DNA of 64,000 nucleotides from a virus: IMG/VR virus record IMGVR_UViG_3300032164_000010, positions 2,861 to 66,860 of that record; one strand, 5' to 3'. Shown piece by piece: positions 1 to 8,526 of this stretch (position 1 is its first letter; each line of letters starts with the position of its first letter). The notes under the pieces were generated by a model. It saw only the letters and a program-made list of their open reading frames with translations, ran no database searches and was not told where the DNA came from. The position numbers and the translations under genes were made by a program.

Positions 1-50
1 CCTTTCTATAGGCCTACTGACATACGATGACGAAGGTCTTGCTTCTGCAA

Positions 51-69
51 CTTGCGCCCCTTGAGCGGG
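51..69 (+). repeat. 19-bp direct repeat copy 1 (CTTGCGCCCCTTGAGCGGG)
   Basis: Identical to 1021-1039. Confidence 0.85.
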
Positions 70-75
70 TATAAG

Positions 76-195
76 TGGAGTAGTAGAGCGTTGGTGTTTC
101 AGCACTGGCGTTCTGCGAGCCCTTCGTGCTTTGTGCCCAGACATGCACCTCCCAGGGAGCAACGTCCAAGCCCAGCACGAAGGGCTCTTTCTTAG
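76..195 (+). ncRNA. putative small structured RNA (two hairpins)
   Basis: Follows GGTATAAG (68-75). Hairpin 85-114 with G-U pairs; perfect 14-bp stem GAGCCCTTCGTGCT (117-130)/AGCACGAAGGGCTC (174-187) with inner helices; ends in TTTCTTAGC. No credible ORF. Confidence 0.5.
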
Positions 196-440
196 CCAGT
201 AGCCACTTTGCGCCGGCGTTGGCGTGTAAGTGGCAGCTTCCAGCGCTGGATGATGGAGATCTCGGTGCTGTCCCAGCATGTTCCGCACATCGGGCAGTAG
301 ACAGCAACCAAGTCTCCCTTCGGGGTGGGGATGATGAGCTCGTACTTCGTGCCTTCAGCGTTCGGAACGCAGAACACTCGATGGCCAAGCTCGGGAAGTA
401 GTGCCTCACAGGGGGACTTGTCGCAGTACTTGGCCATCAA
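192..440 (-). CDS. small Cys-containing (possible Zn-ribbon) hypothetical protein
   Basis: 82-aa ORF with CPMCGTC; overlaps the stop of the upstream gene (coupled). Confidence 0.55.
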   Translation of the reverse strand: MMAKYCDKSPCEALLPELGHRVFCVPNAEGTKYELIIPTPKGDLVAVYCPMCGTCWDSTEISIIQRWKLPLTRQRRRKVATG

Positions 441-736
441 AGCCTCCTTTGGCGTACATCTCGGCCCTTCAAGTAGCTGGTGACGTACTCATCATCCAAG
501 CCCTGCGCAGATAGAAGCTGGATGGCCTGGTCTTCTGGGAAGATGTCCATCAGCAGGTCTTTGTACGGAACAGTCTCCACTTCGTCCGCGGCGTTGAGGT
601 ACAGGATGACTATTCCTCGTTCCAGGAGGGTATCTGCTACAGCTTGGCCCAGAACAACGGCCGCTCTGGTCGTGCGCAGGTGACTCAGATGCAGAGGAAC
701 ATCGTTCTGTGGGGGTGTTATCTCGGGGTTTGCCAT
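437..736 (-). CDS. hypothetical protein
   Basis: 99-aa ORF, GAGG upstream, protein-like composition. Confidence 0.65.
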   Translation of the reverse strand: MANPEITPPQNDVPLHLSHLRTTRAAVVLGQAVADTLLERGIVILYLNAADEVETVPYKDLLMDIFPEDQAIQLLSAQGLDDEYVTSYLKGRDVRQRRL

Positions 737-1020
737 GTTGAGGCCTCTATCTCGATGTTTGTCTGACCAAAGTGATACAAAACGCCCCTACACGCCAAAA
801 CGACCTCGATACAAGTCTCTCGTAGCTCCGAAAGAGAGGTTTGGGGGGCTGTTTTGGATGGGTTATTGCCAGGCTTCTGTCTTGATGGCAGAAGTGCCAT
901 AGCTGTGGCGATCTGGGCTTCGAGGGCTAGTCCGAGGTCTAGCTCACGGTCTAACAGACGAGGGCTATCTGGTAGCTGTCTAGGTAGTAGGGGAGAGCTC
1001 CCAGTCCCTCCTTCCCCACC

Positions 1021-1039
1021 CTTGCGCCCCTTGAGCGGG
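1021..1039 (+). repeat. 19-bp direct repeat copy 2 (CTTGCGCCCCTTGAGCGGG)
   Basis: Identical to 51-69. Confidence 0.85.
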
Positions 1040-1131
1040 AGGGCTGGCTGAGCCCTGCAAGACTGAGCCCTGGTGCGAGATAAGCAATGTGGCTGTGGAC
1101 CACAACCTGTCTCTATCCCTGGGAGGATGAC

Positions 1132-1395
1132 ATGACGCCTGAGAAGATCCTGATGATCCTGACCCACGTGCAGGGTGAGATTGCCCTGCTGGCCCTCCAC
1201 AAGGAGAAGGCCACGTTGGACTACCTGAAGCACGTCTCGGAGGAGCTGGTGGAGCTGGCAGCCGAGGTCCTCGACCTCGCGCCGCTCGAGCAGGCCACCA
1301 AGCACATCGGCGAGGGCCACGGGAACGATGGGACCGGCCACTGCCTGTGCGGGGCGGACGGGCCCGGGAACGACGAGAACTGGTCCCGCCGCTAG
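1132..1395 (+). CDS. hypothetical protein
   Basis: GGAGG RBS before ATG 1132; phage-like codon usage; unit bounded by GATAAG (1079) and TTCTTAGC (1430). Confidence 0.7.
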   Translation: MTPEKILMILTHVQGEIALLALHKEKATLDYLKHVSEELVELAAEVLDLAPLEQATKHIGEGHGNDGTGHCLCGADGPGNDENWSRR

Positions 1396-1432
1396 TCCAA
1401 TCTCCCCACCCACCAGTGCACCACGCCTGTTC

Positions 1433-1783
1433 TTAGCTAGTCGCCTCCTGCCCATGGCGAAACCGATGGCTCCTCTGCGCTCTCTTGGTGTGTCCGTTGG
1501 ATGACATGAGCCTGACGCCGATGCGCAGGTGATTGTCCGCTGCGCCGACGCACGTGAAGAGGTAGCGCAGTGCCCGGATGGTTGCCCCCTCCTTGCCGAT
1601 GATCTTGCCGCACTCTTCCGGGGCAACGGTGATGGACAGGCTGATGTGGTCCTCCGAGATCTTCTCCTCGTTGATGCTGACGGCCTCTTGGTTGGTGACC
1701 AGCGCCCTGACAACCTCTTCGAGCAGGTCTGCGTGAGAAAGGGGCTCGTGACTCTCGGTGTACTCTTCGTTGACGTCGCTCAT
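1433..1783 (-). CDS. khpA: KhpA/YlqC-like single KH-domain RNA-binding protein
   Basis: LLEEVVRALV...ITVAPEECGKIIGKEGATIRALR with the KH GxxG loop; GAGGA RBS before ATG 1783. Confidence 0.85.
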   Translation of the reverse strand: MSDVNEEYTESHEPLSHADLLEEVVRALVTNQEAVSINEEKISEDHISLSITVAPEECGKIIGKEGATIRALRYLFTCVGAADNHLRIGVRLMSSNGHTKRAQRSHRFRHGQEATS

Positions 1784-1977
1784 CGATGTCCTCTGGGTGT
1801 AGTGAAACTGGTCCAGCCAGGCTAGCACCTGTCGAGGCAGGTTAGAAGGGGTCTGCAAGAACGCCAGAACAGCAGGCATAAGAATCATGAAGTCTAGTCG
1901 AGACTCTCATTTTGGTGCGGCATGCTGCCGGGCCGAGAAAGAGCCCTCGACTCGACCCTCACAGGAGGTTGTAGTCG

Positions 1978-2514
1978 ATGCTGTGCTTCTACGTGGGGAT
2001 CAAGACCGAGCCTGGGTTGCCAGTCTCGAGCGATCCTTACCCGCACGTGTCAGTTGGGAGCGTGGGAGGGCGTGGGACCATGGCGAGGGTACCTCTTGGG
2101 AGCAAAGACTTCAGACCACTGCCCGAGAGGCTTCTTCGCGCCTCCTTTCTCCGAACGCGTGAGAAGGGAACCTTGCTCCTGGTCAAGGAGCGTGAGCTGG
2201 ACAGAGGAGACCCGAGAGCGTTGGTTCTCATCAACGTCCCGCCGTTGTTCCATGGGACACAGAGGTGGGAGTTCCCCAGCCGGGATGTGGATGTCCTGGC
2301 TGAAGGGGAACACGACATGGGGCCGTTTGGGGTCTACACGTCTCGTCTCATGCTGATGGGGGTAGGGTCGACCATCAGGGTACGCAGATTCAGCGCCGAA
2401 AGTGTGCCGTCGGTGATCACCATTCACTGGGACGGTCGACGGCTACATGACAGAGACGAGACACGTACCACTGTCGCAAGGCCGCTTCTCCGACGAGTGA
2501 TAAGAAGAGTGTGA
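1978..2514 (+). CDS. hypothetical protein
   Basis: 178-aa ORF, AGGAGG upstream, downstream of GGCATAAG (1875-1882). Confidence 0.65.
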   Translation: MLCFYVGIKTEPGLPVSSDPYPHVSVGSVGGRGTMARVPLGSKDFRPLPERLLRASFLRTREKGTLLLVKERELDRGDPRALVLINVPPLFHGTQRWEFPSRDVDVLAEGEHDMGPFGVYTSRLMLMGVGSTIRVRRFSAESVPSVITIHWDGRRLHDRDETRTTVARPLLRRVIRRV

Positions 2515-2693
2515 CCCTGGGACTGGGCACCTGGGGATCCAACCTGTTGCCTAGAGAGAGCTGGAGGGAAGGGATGGCTACGGTCAAACCACGTCACGCT
2601 GCGTCCTTGGGACAAAGCAGAGCACGGGACCGTATCTTGCTATCAGCTAGGAGGAAAGGCCACTCCGCCGGGGCAACCCGGCGGGGCTTTAGC
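2505..2693 (+). ncRNA. putative structured small RNA
   Basis: Between GTGATAAG (2497-2504) and a GCAA-tetraloop hairpin (2663-2686)+CTTTAGC; nested helices AGCT/AGCT, GATGGC/GCTATC, TACGGTC/GACCGTA, CTGC/GCAG, GTCC/GGAC. Confidence 0.45.
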
Positions 2694-2766
2694 TGGCAGG
2701 AAAGGCTCTTCTCTCTGAGGGATAAGAACTATGAGGGACTCATCCTTCATACTGGGAGGTGCTGCC

Positions 2767-3405
2767 ATGATGATGATTTGCCTGAATGCGCAGGAGCGGG
2801 AGACGCTCCTACGCAAGGTCTGCAAGAGGCCGGAGCGTTACGAACAGATCATGGGAATTGATGAGAAGATCATTGCCACCATCGACTGTATCGACGGAGA
2901 AACAGAGGACGACTACAAGTACATCCAGATTGGCTGGTCCCCCGAGCTGAAGTTCGACAGGCTCAACAAGTCCGAACGCCGCCATCTCGAAGAAGCAGGC
3001 TTCGAGCCGATGCGACAAGACGGTGAGTACTTCCTGTTCCTGCGGGAGAAGAAGGGCCGCACCTGCTACATCGAACTCGAAGACCGGCGCATCACCTACA
3101 AGACCGTCGGCGGCCCCTTCGCCTCCGGCGTGCGGGCGCTAGTGGTCTTCAGTCGCCTCACAGTGCTGGAGATGTACACGGAGTGGAAGGACCAGGCCGC
3201 CCTCGCCATTGGTCTCGCAGCCGAGCTACTCCTCGACCGGGGTATAGTTCCCCGTGAGGTGACGGAGTGCAACGGATGGTTGACCGCTTGGGCGATGCTG
3301 GCGAACGAGCTCGTGACGAAGTACGAGTCTCGCCCAGAAGATCCTGTTCTGGACAACGACGAGCCGGACAACGAAGAAGCGGAGGAAGAGGAGGTCGACC
3401 CGTGA
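2767..3405 (+). CDS. hypothetical protein with acidic C-terminus
   Basis: GGAGG RBS; ORF of about 212 aa; after GATAAG 2721. Confidence 0.75.
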   Translation: MMMICLNAQERETLLRKVCKRPERYEQIMGIDEKIIATIDCIDGETEDDYKYIQIGWSPELKFDRLNKSERRHLEEAGFEPMRQDGEYFLFLREKKGRTCYIELEDRRITYKTVGGPFASGVRALVVFSRLTVLEMYTEWKDQAALAIGLAAELLLDRGIVPREVTECNGWLTAWAMLANELVTKYESRPEDPVLDNDEPDNEEAEEEEVDP

Positions 3406-3558
3406 TCGGGTTCGGCTTTCTGTTCATCCTGGGGTGCGCCATTCTCGGGCATCTCCTGCGGTGGCTCTGTCGCCGCTGAGTACACACCGCAAGATGGAAC
3501 TGGCGTGGGGGATAAGCACGTGACCCCAACGCCAGCTTTCATCTTACTCGGAGGAATC

Positions 3559-4614
3559 ATGACCGCGACACAGACAGAGAAGAACCCTTGGAGTGACTGG
3601 TTGACCAATCTGCCGGAGGACGGCATCAAGCAGCTCCTCGATGCGCTGAGCGACTTTGGCTATTCCACGAAGAAGAGCAACGGAGCTGCCGCCCCTGCCC
3701 AGCTTGTGGTCGATCCCCTCTCCACGGAGATCATCACCACCAGGCAGTCCACTGACGAGCTGCTGAAGGAAATCGAGGAGCACCCGCCGTTCGTCGACGT
3801 CTTCGGCCTGGTCGAGCTCTTCAACAAGCTCCTGCCCACTGGCGCCAATGTCATCTTGAAGGGAGAGAAGGGCACCGGGAAGTCCCTCGCCGCTCTGGTG
3901 TGGGCTGCTCAGACCAAGACGCCCATCGTGCGACAGAACTGCTCCGACGAGACCAAGGAGACGCACCAGCTCGGTTCCTTCTACCTCATGGGCAAGCAGA
4001 CGCCCTTCGCCCTGGGTAGCTTCCCCACCGCCATCGAGTGCGCCAACGAGCATGGCCGCTGCCTGCTGCTGCCCGAGGAGGTCAACGGCCTGCCGGCACA
4101 GATCCAGAAGGAGTGGAACTCGATGCTCGACTTCCACCGCTCCTGCACCATCAACAAGCTGAAGGGCAAGACCTTCCGTCTGCGCAAGGGAGCACAGCTC
4201 TTCGTCATCGCGACCATGAACCCGAGTGCCTACGGAGGCACCTACGACCTCAACGAGGACTTCAAGTCTCGCTGCCAGATCGTCGACGTGGGCTACCCGC
4301 CGGTGAGCTTCGAGAAGCAGATCATCCGGGCCAACCTCGCAGGCCAACCCGTCGACGACTCGATCATGGACAAGGTCGTGAACTTCGCCCATGAGACGAG
4401 ACAGCAGGCCACAGGCTACGCGCTGTCGCCCCGTGACACCGTCGCACTCATGGTCCTCATCAACGCACTCGGAATCGAGGATGCCCTACAGGTCTGCCTA
4501 GGTAAGTTCGAGGGAGACGACAAGAAGGTTGCCTTCGGCCGCATCCGTAGCCACTTCGGAGACGGTGTGGCAAGCAAGCTGCGCAAGTCCTGGCGCGGCG
4601 GGGAGGGGTTCTGA
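3559..4614 (+). CDS. MoxR/CobS/CbbQ-like AAA+ ATPase
   Basis: Walker A GEKGTGKS, Walker B LLLPEEVN, sensor ATMNP, CbbQ-like SPR in the C-terminal part; VWA partner downstream. Confidence 0.9.
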   Translation: MTATQTEKNPWSDWLTNLPEDGIKQLLDALSDFGYSTKKSNGAAAPAQLVVDPLSTEIITTRQSTDELLKEIEEHPPFVDVFGLVELFNKLLPTGANVILKGEKGTGKSLAALVWAAQTKTPIVRQNCSDETKETHQLGSFYLMGKQTPFALGSFPTAIECANEHGRCLLLPEEVNGLPAQIQKEWNSMLDFHRSCTINKLKGKTFRLRKGAQLFVIATMNPSAYGGTYDLNEDFKSRCQIVDVGYPPVSFEKQIIRANLAGQPVDDSIMDKVVNFAHETRQQATGYALSPRDTVALMVLINALGIEDALQVCLGKFEGDDKKVAFGRIRSHFGDGVASKLRKSWRGGEGF

Positions 4615-5126
4615 TGACTGCGAAGAAGAGAGAGCTAGACCTGCCCGAAGCCATCGTCTACGCGGCAGATGTTCTGGCGAAGAGCATCGGCAGGGCCACC
4701 GAAGTACTGGATCACGCTCTCGGCGCCAACCGTTACGCCTTCGACACCACTGCCATCAACATGAAGAACGACATGGCGAGGATGAGGGAGGCGCTCTCAC
4801 AGGAGCTGCGACATCTGTTCATGCAGATGCAGCAGATGATGTCGGCGGTGGGGCCGGAAGAGGGGCCGGACAGCCGCTACACAGTCCTACTCCTCACCTG
4901 TGGGCCGAACAAGATCCAGGTCATCAAGTGCGTTCGTGAGCACACCTTCCTGGGCCTGAAGGAGGCCAAGGACCTGTGCGACATGGCCCCTAGTACCGTC
5001 ATGGCCAACATCGACAAGCTGAAGGCCGAGCATGTGGCCTCCAGGCTACGCGAGGTCGGTGCCGCGATCATCGTCCGTGTCACTGGACCGGCAGATCCCC
5101 CCGCACCGACGGTGACCACACCATGA
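4614..5126 (+). CDS. protein with ribosomal bL12 (L7/L12) C-terminal domain
   Basis: GPNKIQVIKCVREHTFLGLKEAKDLCDMAP...AEHVASRLREVGA matches the L7/L12 CTD signature. Confidence 0.85.
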   Translation: MTAKKRELDLPEAIVYAADVLAKSIGRATEVLDHALGANRYAFDTTAINMKNDMARMREALSQELRHLFMQMQQMMSAVGPEEGPDSRYTVLLLTCGPNKIQVIKCVREHTFLGLKEAKDLCDMAPSTVMANIDKLKAEHVASRLREVGAAIIVRVTGPADPPAPTVTTP

Positions 5127-5380
5127 CCGAGCGCAAGTTCTACAGACGGGTCTTCCACATCGAGGTGCTCTCCGAGGAACCCATCCCGGGAGAGGTCGAT
5201 CTCACCGAGATTCACTACAACATCACCGAGGGTCACTGCTCCGGGCGCATAGCCTGTGACGAGCAGGAAGAGATGGATGGCAAGAAGGCAGCCGACCTAC
5301 TCATCGATCAGGGCTCCGACCCCGAGTTCTTCAACCTCGACGAAGCCGGAGACGACGTGGAGGGCACCTATGCCAAGTAA
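5123..5380 (+). CDS. hypothetical protein
   Basis: 85-aa ORF, ATGA-coupled to the upstream gene. Confidence 0.75.
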   Translation: MTERKFYRRVFHIEVLSEEPIPGEVDLTEIHYNITEGHCSGRIACDEQEEMDGKKAADLLIDQGSDPEFFNLDEAGDDVEGTYAK

Positions 5381-5681
5381 CCGAGAGACCCTCCTGAAGG
5401 TCATCTCATCCGTCTGTGCTCAACTGAAGATCGATCCAGAGCACGTCCTGTGGTGCTGGGACGAGCTTGAGGTCGTCGCCACCAAGGCGATGAAGAACAG
5501 CATCAGCGTTCCGGCTTTCGCCTTCGCCTCGGTGTACATGCACACTGCTGGGGCAGCTTCTCTGCCTCCAGACGTCAGGGACTACATGATGCAGGTGATG
5601 CAGGTGGCGGCCAACTTCGCAGCGGTCGGCGCCGGCGCCGGCGGTGCACCTGCCCCCGAGACGATGAGGGGCGAGAACTAG
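5370..5681 (+). CDS. hypothetical protein
   Basis: GGAGG RBS before ATG 5370, in operon. Confidence 0.7.
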   Translation: MPSNRETLLKVISSVCAQLKIDPEHVLWCWDELEVVATKAMKNSISVPAFAFASVYMHTAGAASLPPDVRDYMMQVMQVAANFAAVGAGAGGAPAPETMRGEN

Positions 5682-5840
5682 ATGAGCGACATGCTCGCGA
5701 TGTTGCGGTTCCCCTTGGCCTGGGCTTTCCTCAAGGCTGTAGAAGAACCGCGCAACTACCTCCGAGCTCACTACGTGGGCGATCTGGACCGGTGGCGTCC
5801 GGGCATCCCCTCCATCTTCGGGCCCTTCGGAAAGGAGTAG
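5682..5840 (+). CDS. small hypothetical protein (52 aa)
   Basis: ATG directly after the upstream stop; fills the gap to the next gene. Confidence 0.5.
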   Translation: MSDMLAMLRFPLAWAFLKAVEEPRNYLRAHYVGDLDRWRPGIPSIFGPFGKE

Positions 5841-5843
5841 CTC

Positions 5844-8240
5844 ATGGCCTACGGTCGGAGTCGTTTCCGCGGCTCCCGCTCGAGCTCCTATGTCTCAGGC
5901 GGGTTCACGCCCAAGCAGCCAGCCGCAAGCAAGCCTCCGTGGGAGGCAAGAATCGATAAGAATCCCATCTACAGGACGCACGACATCCTGAATGGGATCT
6001 TCAAGAAGAAGGGGGAGAAGAGAGTCAGACTCGAGCAGGGAAACATCAACGCTACCGATGGTGAGACCATCTGGTGCAGGTTCTCGGACAAGGTGGAGCG
6101 CAAGCTCATCTCCATCGAGGACGATGGTGGCCCCCTCTACACCTTCGACTGTGGACACACCTACCGGGACATCGGCAAGAAGCAGCACGTCGTGGGTGAG
6201 GAACTCCAGTGTTGGAAGTGCTCGGAGTACGAAGGCTACCTCGGCTTTGAGCATGAGTGGTGTCACCACTGGGGCAAGAGCGACATCGTGGCCACGGAGC
6301 TCTTCGTGAACGCCATGTTGCAGGACTACGGCAAGCTGGCTCCGAACCTGGACGCACCTCTGTTGCGGCTCTTCCTGCACCTGGTGACCAACGCCTTCGA
6401 GGACCTCAGGGTGAACTCGCTCAACGAGAAGGTCTACCCAGGCTCGGCAGAAGGTCTGTGGAAGCGCTGGAAGCGGCTCACCTTGAAGCGTGGGGATGCC
6501 ATCAACGAGAACTTCCTGGACTTCCTGTTCGCGGCCGCGCTGGGTGTACCCACTTCGTCGGAGAGCGAGTTCGCACCGCTTCGGCCCATCGTGGAATGGG
6601 GAGCTGACCGGATCAGGTACAAGGGGCCAGCCAACGGCTTCGCCATCATCCGTGTGACCGTCGACCGTTGCATCGGCTCCTTGCTGAAGGACTTCGAGAA
6701 GAAGCAACAGCAGCAACAGAGTGGGAGCGGGGCAAATGGAACCAGCCAACCGGGTACTTCCCAGACGCAGCAGAGCCAAGGTGGTGAACAAGAGGAGGAT
6801 GATGGAGAGCAGGAAGCTCAAGGAGAAGACGGCTCTGACGATCGAGGTGACGGAGATCAGGGTGACGCTGGCGTCGGGGAAGAAGATCGAGCTGACGATG
6901 GCGGAGGCTCACAAACTCCTCAAGGAGCTACAGGAAGTCCTTCCCTGCCGAAGGGGCCGTCAGCTCGACAGATGATGCAGCAACAGAGTGCGGCCGGTGG
7001 CAGCTCTGTCAATCAGATCCTTCAGCAGTTGACCACCAGCACCGAGCCTCTCGATGATGCCGAGGAGCACAAGCGAGCTACGCCGGAGAACATCTCCAAG
7101 CACCCCAATCCGGCTAGCATAGCGGACAGCATCAACAAGGCCATGCGCCTGGACCCGAGCGATGATGAGGGAGTGGAGCAGATGGTGGCTGCGGGGCATG
7201 TCGACGAAGACGTGGCCCAGGCCATCGGCCAGCTCAAGAGCGGATTGGCACAGCAGAGCGAACAGAGTCATCTCACCAGCGATGCTAGGGCCAAGGTGCA
7301 GCTCTTCGATGTCAAGCCCGGGGATGTGTGTGGAACTAGAACGGAGCTCAGCTCACAGGAGTTCCTGGCCGCAGACAGGATGCACACCACGTTCATCCGT
7401 GCTTTGGGAAAGATGGAGGCCAAGAGGTCAACGGACGGCTCCACTATCGACATGGATGCACTCATCCAGCGCACCATCGAGCTAGGTGATGATGACGGCA
7501 CCCCTTCGCCCACATCCACAGAGGACATCTTCGAGAGCGATGCCTTGTCTCAGGGGTTCGCCTACCAGATCTTGGTGGACATGTCTGGCTCGATGCAGGG
7601 AAGCCCCTTCCAGCAAGTGTGCCGAGGGGTCGAGATGCTGAAGAAAGCGCTGAAGTTCCCCTTCGTGCGCGGGGACCTGTGGGGGTTCCGGGGGGCTACT
7701 CCTCTCGATGACCGTCGAGACAATGACTACGGAGAAGTCTGGCTCTACCGCTATGACAAGAACTGCCAGGCCTACACGGGCAGTACGATGGCTCGCATCG
7801 GGAGCCAGCGGTACAAGGTGCCGGTTGAGTGCGCCGGGGTCACTCCCATGAACTCGGCTCTGCGGATTGCGGTACGCCAGATGATCACTAGGGTGCCTGC
7901 TGGGATGGCCAAGCGCATCTTCCTCCTCACCGACGGTTCACCTGCGGCCATGAAGGTGGGAACGCAGGGGCAGGGTTTCGGGTTCGGTAAGCAGATACCG
8001 GACTTCCTGCTCCGACAGTTCGTCCGCCGAGAGGTCAACCACGCACGGTCCAAGGGTGTGCATGTGTACGCCCTGCTCATCGGCAGTGGGGTATCCGAGG
8101 AGCAGGCCAAGGCCATGTTCGACCCCAAGAAGTACTGGGCGTACACCGAGAGTGATCCGAACAGCCAGCAGTCCATCGACCGGGTGCTCACGAAGATGGT
8201 AGTAGACAACTTCACCAGGTATCTTCGGGCACGAGCATGA
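5844..8240 (+). CDS. CobT-like VWA-domain protein with N-terminal HExxH and acidic linker
   Basis: MIDAS DMSGS, T-P-M, LLTDG; HEWCHH and NAFEDLRVN in the N-terminal part; Q/E/D/G-rich linker. Confidence 0.85.
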   Translation: MAYGRSRFRGSRSSSYVSGGFTPKQPAASKPPWEARIDKNPIYRTHDILNGIFKKKGEKRVRLEQGNINATDGETIWCRFSDKVERKLISIEDDGGPLYTFDCGHTYRDIGKKQHVVGEELQCWKCSEYEGYLGFEHEWCHHWGKSDIVATELFVNAMLQDYGKLAPNLDAPLLRLFLHLVTNAFEDLRVNSLNEKVYPGSAEGLWKRWKRLTLKRGDAINENFLDFLFAAALGVPTSSESEFAPLRPIVEWGADRIRYKGPANGFAIIRVTVDRCIGSLLKDFEKKQQQQQSGSGANGTSQPGTSQTQQSQGGEQEEDDGEQEAQGEDGSDDRGDGDQGDAGVGEEDRADDGGGSQTPQGATGSPSLPKGPSARQMMQQQSAAGGSSVNQILQQLTTSTEPLDDAEEHKRATPENISKHPNPASIADSINKAMRLDPSDDEGVEQMVAAGHVDEDVAQAIGQLKSGLAQQSEQSHLTSDARAKVQLFDVKPGDVCGTRTELSSQEFLAADRMHTTFIRALGKMEAKRSTDGSTIDMDALIQRTIELGDDDGTPSPTSTEDIFESDALSQGFAYQILVDMSGSMQGSPFQQVCRGVEMLKKALKFPFVRGDLWGFRGATPLDDRRDNDYGEVWLYRYDKNCQAYTGSTMARIGSQRYKVPVECAGVTPMNSALRIAVRQMITRVPAGMAKRIFLLTDGSPAAMKVGTQGQGFGFGKQIPDFLLRQFVRREVNHARSKGVHVYALLIGSGVSEEQAKAMFDPKKYWAYTESDPNSQQSIDRVLTKMVVDNFTRYLRARA

Positions 8241-8419
8241 GCAAGGACGACCAAGAAGGACACACGTCTGTCACTATCCACCTCCCGCGGAACCAGAAGG
8301 CGCGGCTGATGCTGCTCCTCGAGGCCATGCGAGAGGCCCGCCCCAACGACAGACTCAACCTGAGCAGCGTGGTTGAGCTGATCATCGAGAAGTACTTCGA
8401 AGAACTCCAGCAAGAGTGA
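8237..8419 (+). CDS. ribbon-helix-helix DNA-binding protein
   Basis: SVTIHLP...NLSSVVELIIEKYF pattern, 60 aa. Confidence 0.6.
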   Translation: MSKDDQEGHTSVTIHLPRNQKARLMLLLEAMREARPNDRLNLSSVVELIIEKYFEELQQE

Positions 8420-8431
8420 GAAGCAGGAGAT

Positions 8432-8457
8432 GGGGAGCTCGCTCCCTTTCTCTTAGG
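8432..8457 (+). terminator. hairpin + TTTCTCTTAGG end motif
   Basis: GGGAG-CTCG-CTCCC followed by TTTCTCTTAGG. Confidence 0.7.
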
Positions 8458-8526
8458 TGGAAGAGTTCTACGAAGAACGGCATAAGAACCAAGCGCAGGA
8501 CAACCACATAGCCACGGGAGGCATCG

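Noticed and set aside
5950-5962. Intragenic GATAAG as a promoter
   Set aside because: Inside the VWA coding sequence and lacks the G three bases upstream of ATAAG
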